Shown one piece after another: positions 19,670 through 28,588 of a DNA stretch of 64,000 bases (the first letter of the stretch is position 1; the number at the start of each line of letters is the position of its first letter). The translations under genes and the position numbers were made by a program. The notes below the pieces were generated by a model. It saw only the letters and a program-made list of their open reading frames with translations, did not search any database and was not told the DNA's origin. This stretch comes from Candidatus Saccharimonadia bacterium (GTDB lineage: Bacteria; Patescibacteriota; Saccharimonadia; UBA4664): positions 81,099-145,098 of the forward strand of contig JBGTMQ010000020.1 of assembly GCA_041743505.1 (NCBI GenBank). The letters run 5' to 3'.

Positions 19670-19820
19670 GCTTATGTTTGCAATTTGCAAATAGCTGCTT
19701 ATACTGTGGAATAGCTGAAAGCCCCTCTTTCGTTCAGCATACCTATTCGGGCACCATTGACATCCAACTCGGGCTACACAGACCTCAATCCCAAAACCTA
19801 CGGAAGATTGGAATTGACCA

Positions 19821-20393
19821 ATGTCTGTTTTGGCTTTCCCGCAAGTGCAAGCTTCACCCATGTTTGACAACCTGAACCTGCTTGGTCGCCGTGCAGTCAA
19901 GCTCGTGCTGACAGTTGCGACTGTCTTCGCAATGGTACTCGGTCTTAGTCTCACCAGTAGTGCCGGTACCGCTAACGCTGCGACCGGCGATAGTGCTCCG
20001 GTCCATTTTGGACTTGGTCGGGCCTACTGGGGTGAAAATGGCATGGAGATCAGGCTTACTCGTGAGGGTACAGAATTGGCCTACCTAGCCTCTACCGTTG
20101 GCGGAGGAGCAGGAATTAAAGGTACACAGCTTGGTGCCGAGGCCTTGGCAAAGTTTGGTCCGATTATGAGCCATATCATACGATCTGGCGGCATTGATCC
20201 GACCAAAGACGGGGTTAAGGTCGTGGGTGCTGTCGCTGGTGCCACCGGCTTGTGGGCAGCCGAAAAGGTGATGATTCCTGACGGTATGTGCCTCGGAATT
20301 ACTTGGGCCCCTGAGATAGTGGCACCTAGCTCGTACATCTCCTACCCCTCTAACCCGCATCAATCAGCTTCCTGGCTGGAGTCTTGCTCGTAG
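19821..20393 (+). CDS. Secreted Gly/Ala-rich protein with a C-terminal Cys pair
   Basis: Signal peptide ending TANA-A; hairpin follows. Confidence 0.7.
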   Translation: MSVLAFPQVQASPMFDNLNLLGRRAVKLVLTVATVFAMVLGLSLTSSAGTANAATGDSAPVHFGLGRAYWGENGMEIRLTREGTELAYLASTVGGGAGIKGTQLGAEALAKFGPIMSHIIRSGGIDPTKDGVKVVGAVAGATGLWAAEKVMIPDGMCLGITWAPEIVAPSSYISYPSNPHQSASWLESCS

Positions 20394-20467
20394 CATGACC
20401 GGTCACCGGCCTGGGGTATGTCTCGTCGAGACGCACCCCAGGCCCACAAAACTGTTATTATTCACGT

Positions 20468-20866
20468 ATGAAACCATCAGTATCAAATTTTAAGATTCAG
20501 CTTGCTTGGCACCACTTCCTTTACTGGCTCTTTTGGATAACACTGGGAGCAGCAGCTACCGGCGATGCAATTTTGGGAGGCGGCTCTTTTGCGGTTGTGG
20601 CCTATCTTTTCAGAGATTGGCGTAACGCCCCGTACAAAGATCCGGTCGCTGATGATGCCGGACCAGGCAAGCGATTGATGACAGTAGTGTATTATCTTTT
20701 GGGCTGCGTGGCTATTCGCCTTGCTCTATTTCTCCTACAAGACAAGCCACTGTCTACAGATATATGGTGGTTCGCGGTGTTTGCTGCGGCGGCTACCACG
20801 TTATACTTCACCAAGCCCCTACCTAGACCGGAGGTGCAGCAGCAAAAAGATAGCAAAGCAACTTAA
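20468..20866 (+). CDS. 4-TM membrane protein, paralog A
   Basis: Shares QLAW, WR..PY and FTKPLPRP with the next gene. Confidence 0.8.
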   Translation: MKPSVSNFKIQLAWHHFLYWLFWITLGAAATGDAILGGGSFAVVAYLFRDWRNAPYKDPVADDAGPGKRLMTVVYYLLGCVAIRLALFLLQDKPLSTDIWWFAVFAAAATTLYFTKPLPRPEVQQQKDSKAT

Positions 20867-20877
20867 GGGTACGGGCA

Positions 20878-21264
20878 ATGAGAATACTCAGGCAACTTTT
20901 ATGGCTTCAACTTGCATGGAGGTATTTCCTTGCCTGGCTCTTGCCGGCAACTTTTTGGACTGCGCTTACTGATAGTGTAATCGTGGGAGCTGGTCTAGGA
21001 ATAGTCTTTTTCTTCATTGGTAGCTGGCGCGATACGCCATACGAAGGCATCCTCGGCAAAAGCTCCAGAAGTAGCAGTAGCCAATGGAGGATTGCAATAT
21101 TCTTCATCTCAGCATGGCTCATCATTTATTTAATTCATGCTCTTATCGATCCTAAGGACTCTCATGTCAGCGTAATTTGGTTTGTCATATTTGTTATCAC
21201 CACAATCGTTGCTAGCTTTACGAAACCTCTACCGAGGCCAGCCGGGGCCAAACCCCAAGCATAG
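20878..21264 (+). CDS. 4-TM membrane protein, paralog B
   Basis: Shares QLAW, WR..PY and FTKPLPRP with the previous gene. Confidence 0.8.
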   Translation: MRILRQLLWLQLAWRYFLAWLLPATFWTALTDSVIVGAGLGIVFFFIGSWRDTPYEGILGKSSRSSSSQWRIAIFFISAWLIIYLIHALIDPKDSHVSVIWFVIFVITTIVASFTKPLPRPAGAKPQA

Positions 21265-21317
21265 CCTGTGTAAGTCAAGGTGTGGTGAGCGAGTCCAGCC
21301 TTCCAACAACTGTCACT

Positions 21318-21797
21318 ATGAACAATACCGTCTCAGTAAAAAAACTAGCAAATGGACTTACCATTGTAAGCCCCAAAACTCATCCCCACGTTGAGTCAAT
21401 CTACCTTGAACTGGTTGTCAGGGTTGGCGCACGAAATGATTCAGATGAGTTTTTTGGCTTGGCCCATTTCGTTGAGCATGTGGTAGCGGAAATCGCCGAA
21501 GCTAGCATTCGGCGTCATGAATGGATCAATGACTATATGCTGGACACCTTTGATGCCGTGATCGATCAGGAGAAGACAACCTATTATGTCGGGGTAGCAA
21601 AAAATGATTCAGAGCGAGCCCTCCAGCTGGTCCTATCGGTTCTGCAATCTCCCGTTGTCACGCCAGAAATTATAGAGCGGAACAAAGAAATCGTAATAGA
21701 AGAATTACTCGAAGACCTTGACAGTGATACAACTCAAGCCACCCGGTACTTCGCATCTCAATATCACAAGGACAATACCCTGGGGAGCTACTATTAA
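21318..21797 (+). pseudogene. Truncated M16 (insulinase) peptidase, N-terminal domain only
   Basis: LANGLTIV, VGARND, GLAHFVEH (HxxEH), NKEIVIEE; stops at about 160 aa. Confidence 0.75.
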
Positions 21798-21862
21798 GAA
21801 TGCTGCTTCAAGACCCACCGTCCACTCCGCGCAGGCGTATGGCAGCCATCTTCGATGTAACC

Positions 21863-21912
21863 GCCCCATTGGCAACTCCATCGCCAGTGGGGCTTTGTCA
21901 TGACCCGACTCA
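21863..21912 (+). repeat. About 50-bp hairpin-containing repeat, copy 1
   Basis: GCCCCATTGGCAAC..GCCAGTGGGGCT.TGTCATG recurs at 24222-24270. Confidence 0.85.
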
Positions 21913-21970
21913 TCCGTAAACTTGCTTGGTTTAAGTGCCTCTCTAAGCGGACTTCCCTCCAGTCAAATAC

Positions 21971-22016
21971 CCCACTATGTAGTTAAACTACGTACTAAGT
22001 TTGACTACATAGTGGG
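21971..22016. repeat. 19-bp inverted repeat with 8-bp spacer
   Basis: CCCACTATGTAGTTAAACT-ACGTACTA-AGTTTGACTACATAGTGGG, one mismatch. Confidence 0.9.
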
Positions 22017-22055
22017 CCAACACATATGACTTCTCGGTCTGATACACTAAAGTTC

Positions 22056-22796
22056 ATGCAGCCAATCGAATACCAAATCAAGCCCATCAAGCAAAACGCC
22101 AGTGAATGTATGCAAACCGCTGCCACGCAGGTCATTTCCCACTATGACCCATCCATAACCGTCCAAAGAGTTATCGAAGAAGTACCAGTTTATGTTGAAA
22201 ATGGCAACAAAATTGGCACCTCTCAAGGGCATATGGCCGCCTACTTTGCGCGGGCGGGTTACAAAACAACCATGTATATTTTTGATGTCGAGTTGTTTGA
22301 CCGGAGCTGGGTAGACCTAAATCCTCATGAAGTTCTAGCCGGCTTACGGGAGCGTCAGAAGTATATTCCAGCTAATTCATGGCTAGCCAAATACCATCAT
22401 ATCCTCGTCGATGGTTTTGAATTATATGTAAAAGAAGGTGGCAATTTCGCCTTCCCGCAGCTAAGCGCGAAATTATTACGAGATTTACTCGACAGCGGCC
22501 CGTACCTCATCCTATTGAGCTCAACCTACCTTAACCAGGCAGCAAAACAACGCTACAATCAAGAGTCCGACACGTTTGTAGCTGACCCCATTCAGGGACG
22601 TTCGCTTACCCATGCCGTAACCTGTGCGGGCTACAAGGACGGCCAGTTTCTTATCGTCGATCCAGACCCACCTCGAGACACTAGTCCACACCGGTGGATA
22701 GCACAAGAACACCTCATCGCCTCAATTATGGTTGCCCAAACAGAATCAGATAATTACTTGATCAAAATAGACAACCCCATCCGCAAACTTGATTGA
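22056..22796 (+). CDS. Papain-fold (C39-like) cysteine peptidase
   Basis: Q..SEC nucleophile region, HAVTCAGY, IVDPDP; C-terminal PIRKLD identical to PcrA. Confidence 0.7.
   Translation: MQPIEYQIKPIKQNASECMQTAATQVISHYDPSITVQRVIEEVPVYVENGNKIGTSQGHMAAYFARAGYKTTMYIFDVELFDRSWVDLNPHEVLAGLRERQKYIPANSWLAKYHHILVDGFELYVKEGGNFAFPQLSAKLLRDLLDSGPYLILLSSTYLNQAAKQRYNQESDTFVADPIQGRSLTHAVTCAGYKDGQFLIVDPDPPRDTSPHRWIAQEHLIASIMVAQTESDNYLIKIDNPIRKLD
22775..22794 (+). repeat. 20-bp direct repeat (pcrA 3' end), copy 2; supplies the -35 TTGATT for the next gene
   Basis: Exact match to 19073-19092; TTGATT-17bp-TATAGT (22812). Confidence 0.9.
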
Positions 22797-22859
22797 CGGC
22801 TCGAACCATCGTATAGTACGTAATCCCAGGACAACGATCTCGTATCGGAGGCTCTTGCC

Positions 22860-23378
22860 ATGCGTCATTTCGTCTCTGGCAGCACCTATCGTGAGCTAAT
22901 GCGGCGACTCGGCCGGCTTCAGTCCGAACTTGCCAATCCCGACGGCAGCCGCATCGATCCCGTATTACTCATCCAGACTTTGGACGTCTTGTTATCGGGC
23001 AAAGTATTCGAGCTAACAATTACTCCTAAGCCGGTAGAGGATGAATTTCTTTACCTGAGCTTACCCCCGGAAGTCTTAACGACCGACATTCAGATGCTGG
23101 GGCTCAAAACCACTACTTACAATATCCTGAAGCGTCACGGCATTGATACTATTGAGGATTTGCTTGAGCGGTCGGCGGCCGATTTACTAGATATAGCCTA
23201 TTTCGGCCCCAGGCTGCTGGAGGAGCTAAACCGCGCGCTTGCTGTACATGGCTGGCATCTATCCCGTCACGACGATCCTGATCTGGCGCCGCCGTCAGGC
23301 GACGAGTGGATAACATTTAACCGCTATAGCGGCGCACCGCGACGCGTTCTCAAGAGTCGTCTGCACAGCCGGAAGTAA
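22860..23378 (+). CDS. Stand-alone RNA polymerase alpha-CTD domain protein 1
   Basis: IQMLGLKTTTYNILKRHGIDTIEDLLERSAADLLDIAYFGPRLLEEL matches the RpoA CTD pattern; no alpha-NTD. Confidence 0.85.
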   Translation: MRHFVSGSTYRELMRRLGRLQSELANPDGSRIDPVLLIQTLDVLLSGKVFELTITPKPVEDEFLYLSLPPEVLTTDIQMLGLKTTTYNILKRHGIDTIEDLLERSAADLLDIAYFGPRLLEELNRALAVHGWHLSRHDDPDLAPPSGDEWITFNRYSGAPRRVLKSRLHSRK

Positions 23379-23398
23379 TTCACCGAGAGGACACGCCA

Positions 23399-24181
23399 GT
23401 GGCCCGCTATGCTACCGCTACACCCAACCAGCGGCTTGAAGCGAGGCGTCTATGGATCGAAATCTATGCCGAGCTAACTAACCCTCAGGGCAGCTCACTC
23501 GATCCTCAGATGGTTCTCGAGGCGCTACAGTCGATTCAGTCACTGATTCGTTCAAGCGATAACCATGAGTCAGCCAAGTATCTTGACAAGGCCGCAGCTG
23601 AGGTCGGGCCGCTCGAAAATCCTGACGATTTTCTTTACTTAACCCTGCCCCGCGAGGTTCTCGATCAACCAGTCAACACGCTTAAGCTAACGGAGCGGCC
23701 ACTCAATTGCTTGCACCGGGAGAATATTAGTACCGTCGATGACCTTCTGCAGCGTTCTGGGCCCGAGCTGTTAGAGATACGAAACTTTGGAGCAGTATCT
23801 TTAAGAGAAGTAACAACCCGGCTTGATGAACGGGGTTGGCACTTGTCCACCCATGGCCAGGGATTAGCTCCTCCGCCGGGTGACCAGTGGGTTAAGTACC
23901 AAGACTGGCTCTTTCTCCGCAGCCGTTTCATCCGGCTACCCGTTGATAAGATCCTCCGCTGGAATTCGCAGATCATCGCCTCGCTCAAGGAGCTTGGAAT
24001 TGTAACAGTCGGTCAGTTGGTCTCGTTGACGGACGTCGAAGTGCTACGGCTGCCCTGGGACGAAAAGCCGGCCACCTACGTCTGGAAGTTCGAGAAAATA
24101 ACCGGCTTCGATGCGCTCGAGATAATTAATGCGTCACTTCAAGACTGCGGCCTGTCCCTGACCCAAGAAACAGATCGGTAA
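23399..24181 (+). CDS. Stand-alone alpha-CTD domain protein 2 (two CTD-like units)
   Basis: LKLTERPLNCLHRENISTVDDLL..LLEIRNFGAVSLREV plus a degenerate second unit (LKELGIVTVGQLV..GLSL). Confidence 0.85.
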   Translation: MARYATATPNQRLEARRLWIEIYAELTNPQGSSLDPQMVLEALQSIQSLIRSSDNHESAKYLDKAAAEVGPLENPDDFLYLTLPREVLDQPVNTLKLTERPLNCLHRENISTVDDLLQRSGPELLEIRNFGAVSLREVTTRLDERGWHLSTHGQGLAPPPGDQWVKYQDWLFLRSRFIRLPVDKILRWNSQIIASLKELGIVTVGQLVSLTDVEVLRLPWDEKPATYVWKFEKITGFDALEIINASLQDCGLSLTQETDR

Positions 24182-24184
24182 GTC

Positions 24185-24221
24185 TAAGGTCCGGGATTCT
24201 TTCCCGGACCTTATTTTTTTT
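24185..24221 (+). terminator. Intrinsic terminator
   Basis: TAAGGTCCGGGA..TCCCGGACCTTA followed by a T-run. Confidence 0.85.
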
Positions 24222-24270
24222 GCCCCATTGGCAACCCCACCGCCAGTGGGGCTCTGTCATGCCAAACTCA
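24222..24270 (+). repeat. About 50-bp hairpin-containing repeat, copy 2
   Basis: Near-identical to 21863-21912. Confidence 0.85.
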
Positions 24271-24305
24271 AATTAAGGCTCTGAGCATCTGTTATCATTA
24301 GCACA

Positions 24306-25157
24306 ATGACTAGAGAACAATCCCCTCAAGATCCCGGTGCCGAACAGGGTATGTTCGCCGACACCCGTAAAGCCACCGAGGAGCTTAGGCAGCTAGCAGA
24401 ACAAGGCATTGAAGCCAGGCGGCAGATAGGCCGCCTTACCGAGCAGGATGAGGTCGAAATCGCCACCCACACCAGGCAAGCCAGACAAGAGCTAACCGGG
24501 GAAAGTGAGCGCGACATAACATTAAAGTCTGCAACCGAGATTGCGGATAAGCTCAAAGAAAAAGATAGTGAGCTATCAGATAGCATTTATGAAGCCCTGG
24601 CCGAGACGTACGGTACGGCAGGCGATGTAGACCGCGGGCTTGCCACCATCGATCAGATCGAGGACCATGTTTCGCGCATCGAGGGCCTAATCCGCCTGGC
24701 CAAAGTCACCCGGTCGGACCGCGTCCACGATGAAATCAAGCACTCTGCGATGAACGAAGAGGGTAAAGCCGTTAACATTGATGTCGCGAAGAAGGTCTAT
24801 CTGAAGCTCCGGGTTGAAGAAAATCTCGCCGAAAGAGCTGACTCATTTGCAATGTTAGTTGGCGACGCCGCCGAGAAAGACCCCAACTACGCCGACGTCG
24901 CAAATGCCCGGGAAGTGGTAGAGCGAGAGACCAGGGTGCCACCTAAGGCACCCAGTACCAGTCTCGAAACGCAGGCTAGAATACGCGCCCAGGCTGCCCA
25001 CCGTACTACCGGCCTTGCAGCCCTCGACGAGTATCGCGCCCAGGCTGCCCGCCTCGGACCCGGCCGTGCCCAGGACTTGATGTTTACGGTCTATACGCTA
25101 GCCACCTTAGAGCTCGCCAGGAAGCAGCATCCCGAGACAGACAAGGCCGCAGCTTAA
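24306..25157 (+). CDS. Hypothetical helical protein, paralog A
   Basis: Collinear similarity to 25189 (H.RQAR.EL..ESE, LA..YGT.GD, HV.R.EGL.RL, C-terminal D.AAA). Confidence 0.8.
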   Translation: MTREQSPQDPGAEQGMFADTRKATEELRQLAEQGIEARRQIGRLTEQDEVEIATHTRQARQELTGESERDITLKSATEIADKLKEKDSELSDSIYEALAETYGTAGDVDRGLATIDQIEDHVSRIEGLIRLAKVTRSDRVHDEIKHSAMNEEGKAVNIDVAKKVYLKLRVEENLAERADSFAMLVGDAAEKDPNYADVANAREVVERETRVPPKAPSTSLETQARIRAQAAHRTTGLAALDEYRAQAARLGPGRAQDLMFTVYTLATLELARKQHPETDKAAA

Positions 25158-25188
25158 TACCCTGTTCCAGTCTGCTATCATTAGTGGT

Positions 25189-26028
25189 ATGAGCGCAGAA
25201 CACGATATCGGCGGCCGCCACAGACAGGAAAATGATTTTGCTGGTGCCCGCGAAACTACCGAAGAACTAATGCGGCAGATTACTGAAGCCCACGAATTAG
25301 CTGCGCAAAACCAGCCTGCAGCCGACGAGATTGAACTAGCCGGTCACATAAGGCAGGCCCGAATGGAGTTAAATAACGAGAGCGAGGATACCGTCATCCT
25401 GCTATCGGCCAGCGAAACTGCCCGCGACCTTCATGACCGCAGGCTGGCTGATGATGTATATATGTCATTAGCCGGTGCCTATGGTACGCGCGGTGACATC
25501 GCCGGCGGCCTTGATGCCGTCAATCAAATTCAAGAACACGTCTTGCGGCTCGAAGGACTGGTCCGACTATCCGAAATCACGGGCGATGAGTCAGTTAAAC
25601 GTCAGCTCGCCGAAGCGGTCGAAAACAAGGCCGGTCACGCGGTTCACGTCGAGGTAGCCAGAGAAGTATTTTACAAATTTCGAATGGAGGACCGCGACCT
25701 CGATAAAGCCCAGAATTTTTCCAAGCTGGTCGCTAAATCCGCCGAAAATGCATCCAATTACCCTAAAGCTGTCGATACCAACGCGCGGGTAGCCTTGATG
25801 GCCATAATAGAACCCGACTCACCGCAACCCAGCCTTGATGCTCAGGCCAAAACCCTAGTTGACCAAGCAAATCTCACCGCCGACCCCCTCAAATATCTCG
25901 ATCAATACTGGAAACAAGCCCAAGATCAACCACCCGGCCCAGACCAGGAAAAGATGTTGGCAACCTACACCATAGCCACAGTCGAGTTAGCCAACGATGC
26001 GCTACGCCCAGATCAAGCTGCCGCCTAG
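25189..26028 (+). CDS. Hypothetical helical protein, paralog B
   Basis: Collinear similarity to 24306. Confidence 0.8.
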   Translation: MSAEHDIGGRHRQENDFAGARETTEELMRQITEAHELAAQNQPAADEIELAGHIRQARMELNNESEDTVILLSASETARDLHDRRLADDVYMSLAGAYGTRGDIAGGLDAVNQIQEHVLRLEGLVRLSEITGDESVKRQLAEAVENKAGHAVHVEVAREVFYKFRMEDRDLDKAQNFSKLVAKSAENASNYPKAVDTNARVALMAIIEPDSPQPSLDAQAKTLVDQANLTADPLKYLDQYWKQAQDQPPGPDQEKMLATYTIATVELANDALRPDQAAA

Positions 26029-26144
26029 AATTGACTCTAAAGCAAAGATATGCTATAATTAATAATAGACGTATGCAGTGAGCACTGCTCCCCGCAGCAC
26101 GCACCAACTCGCATAATCCGCCAACCATCGAATGGACGGACACT

Positions 26145-26399
26145 ATGAACGAATACCTCGTCGTACGCGACGGCCAAGGTCGGCCTGTCTCGCGGGAGAT
26201 GCTCGTCGGTCTCGATCCATTTGGCAGTATCCTCGTGCTGACCAATCCGAAAGGCGGTCAAATCGATCTGCCCATAGAGACCGGGCCCAACTGGCAACAC
26301 GACTTCTCCGGCATTACCGGGGATCAAGGCGAACCATTTACGCTCGTCGAGCGCGCCGGCCAGTGGTTCTTGCAAACCCCCCTCCCGCTCAACTCCTGA
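26145..26399 (+). CDS. Hypothetical protein
   Basis: TTGACT/TATAAT promoter upstream, hairpin downstream. Confidence 0.55.
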   Translation: MNEYLVVRDGQGRPVSREMLVGLDPFGSILVLTNPKGGQIDLPIETGPNWQHDFSGITGDQGEPFTLVERAGQWFLQTPLPLNS

Positions 26400-26522
26400 G
26401 CAAACATCCGGTGCCGGCACTTCCGCTGGCGCCGGATTAATATTTTTGACTCAATGCAATTAAAAATACCCTGGGAACATGCGCGAATGGTTATCGCGTT
26501 GTTCCCAGGATAAACTAGTTAA

Positions 26523-28343
26523 CTAGAATCCGGGCAGATACCTGCCGAGGTGCGGATAGATATACGACCCCAGCTCCCGGTGGTATAGAGTGAGCATCTG
26601 CTCTTTGGTGATAGCATCAGTTCCAGCCCGCACAAACACCACCTGAAGCAGATAGTCACCGGTCAGCACGAGCGTCTTGGCTCCGGACAAGCTGCCTTCG
26701 GGATCGTCGGCGTCAAACTCCCACACCATATCGCCGGCGTCTCGTTGAGCAGGCGTGATGGGTTTGAAAGTAAGCGGCGGCGAGCCGAGCCCATAATGCC
26801 CGACGCACGGCTTTGGAAGATTATCCAAGTAGGCGCGTACGCCTTCCTTCCGGCCAGGGGCAAGCTTGATCAGATGCATGTAAATCTTGCCTATCATCTG
26901 ACCGGGCTCCTCCAAAACATAAACGCCACCGGCCAGCGGAACATCGCCGTATGCGTCCTGTGGCAAGAGAGGCCAATAATCTCCGCATTCATCGGGCAGC
27001 AACAAGTGCCTGCCGATAGTGACCATAGAGCGCTGATCCGCCTGGCCTGGCGGTGGAGGCGGTAGCATTGCCTGTTGCGAGGGCGCCACCTCTAGCACCG
27101 GGGCCGGACGGTGGCAAAAGCCTTCTCTAAGGCCCTTGAAACAAGTTAACATCCGGTTCGCTTGTGCTTGAAGCAGGTACGAATTCGGGTGCGCGCTCCA
27201 CTCCTGGCTCGTCGGGATGACCCGGTTAATCCAGCGCTTTCCGGGCTCCGGGCCGGCGACATCCTCACACATCGTGTGGTCGCCGTCTTGGAGAATATCA
27301 GAGGCATCAACGTATGTTGCACCAACCTCACGAACAGCTTCCTCGGTAATCTTATTTGCCTGATCGGCGATACTGTTGAGCCACTTCATCTTCTCCTTAC
27401 TGATTCTCGCAAGAACACCAAGGCCGCATTCCGCTGGCATCTTCTCGGTAGTCGGAAATGGCCGGGGATAGCCGGACACGAGCAATTGGCCACCCTCGGC
27501 CAGATTTGCCTGCACGGAGCGGTAGGTCGAAACCAGCCTTTTCCTGATATCCGAAGCCTTGTCTTCGATGAGCACATCCCGGTCGTCCGAGCAGTCGACC
27601 CAGAAGAAGTATGGCTTCAAATATCTCGAGTAAATATCTGTGACACAATCCTTGACGATATCAGCAAAACCAATATCGTTGCCGGTCATCGTGATTGTCA
27701 CCAGATTGGCCCGGCGGGTCGTGTCCAGCTTCTTGGGGTGGCCGGTCTTAGAATCGGACGCCCATTGCGGCGGGTTAGCCCGTTCTTCATGCTCACGCTT
27801 ATTGAACGGTCCCCAGGTCTCATCCCAGGATTGTTCGTCCTCAAAATGCTTAGAGGTAGCTCCACTGCATGCACGATGGTCCAAGGTCCAGGCCGGGTTC
27901 TCGGCTTCTAGCGCCTCCCATAGCTTAACCGGATAGGCATTGGCCGACCGGTGGCAGTGGTTGCCCTCGATAGCAGTACCGGTAACGAAATCCTGAAAGT
28001 TCGTACCGCAGCTGTCAGTGACATTATCCGGCGCCCCTTCCCCCGCAGCGAACGAGTCTCCGAGAGCCGCATACACTAGGGTATCCTGGTCGGAGCCAAG
28101 ATTCACGCCAGCTGGGTAGCCCCCGGGCCGCTCACGCGACCCATGTCTTCTCGGCGCCTCCCCAGTTAGATCTTCCAGACCTGGCACAGGTGGGCATACG
28201 CCCAAATGGACAGGACCGGTCGGCATGATCGGCCAGGGTGACCGGTCTGGTTCATCGGCGAAAGCAATTCCCGGGATAGCAAATAGCAAAATACCGGTCA
28301 AGAAAGTAACCAGCACCCTGCGAGCCGTACACAGACTCATCAA
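26523..28343 (-). CDS. Secreted SGNH/GDSL hydrolase (Streptomyces-type lipase/esterase) with C-terminal extension
   Basis: Signal peptide, ALGDSFAAGEG, CHRS..AYP, ACSGA, TMTGND, HPN. Confidence 0.88.
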   Translation of the reverse strand: MMSLCTARRVLVTFLTGILLFAIPGIAFADEPDRSPWPIMPTGPVHLGVCPPVPGLEDLTGEAPRRHGSRERPGGYPAGVNLGSDQDTLVYAALGDSFAAGEGAPDNVTDSCGTNFQDFVTGTAIEGNHCHRSANAYPVKLWEALEAENPAWTLDHRACSGATSKHFEDEQSWDETWGPFNKREHEERANPPQWASDSKTGHPKKLDTTRRANLVTITMTGNDIGFADIVKDCVTDIYSRYLKPYFFWVDCSDDRDVLIEDKASDIRKRLVSTYRSVQANLAEGGQLLVSGYPRPFPTTEKMPAECGLGVLARISKEKMKWLNSIADQANKITEEAVREVGATYVDASDILQDGDHTMCEDVAGPEPGKRWINRVIPTSQEWSAHPNSYLLQAQANRMLTCFKGLREGFCHRPAPVLEVAPSQQAMLPPPPPGQADQRSMVTIGRHLLLPDECGDYWPLLPQDAYGDVPLAGGVYVLEEPGQMIGKIYMHLIKLAPGRKEGVRAYLDNLPKPCVGHYGLGSPPLTFKPITPAQRDAGDMVWEFDADDPEGSLSGAKTLVLTGDYLLQVVFVRAGTDAITKEQMLTLYHRELGSYIYPHLGRYLPGF

Positions 28344-28588
28344 TATCTCCCCTCACACTCGCTGTGCAGATTCTCAATGAACAAACAAAGCTGGCCAGCA
28401 ACCGGTACAGCTTGCATACGACCTATGCTCGCTAACAAGCAAGGCATAAACCGATCACACTCTAACATAGTATTAACAAAATGTCAACCAAATAACCGGC
28501 AACTCCTTCATCTGTAAAACTTGATTAAGTCCAACGATGCTGGTATAAGAAACGCAGTTCATAGTCTGGTCCGATCGAGGGAGCCGTC

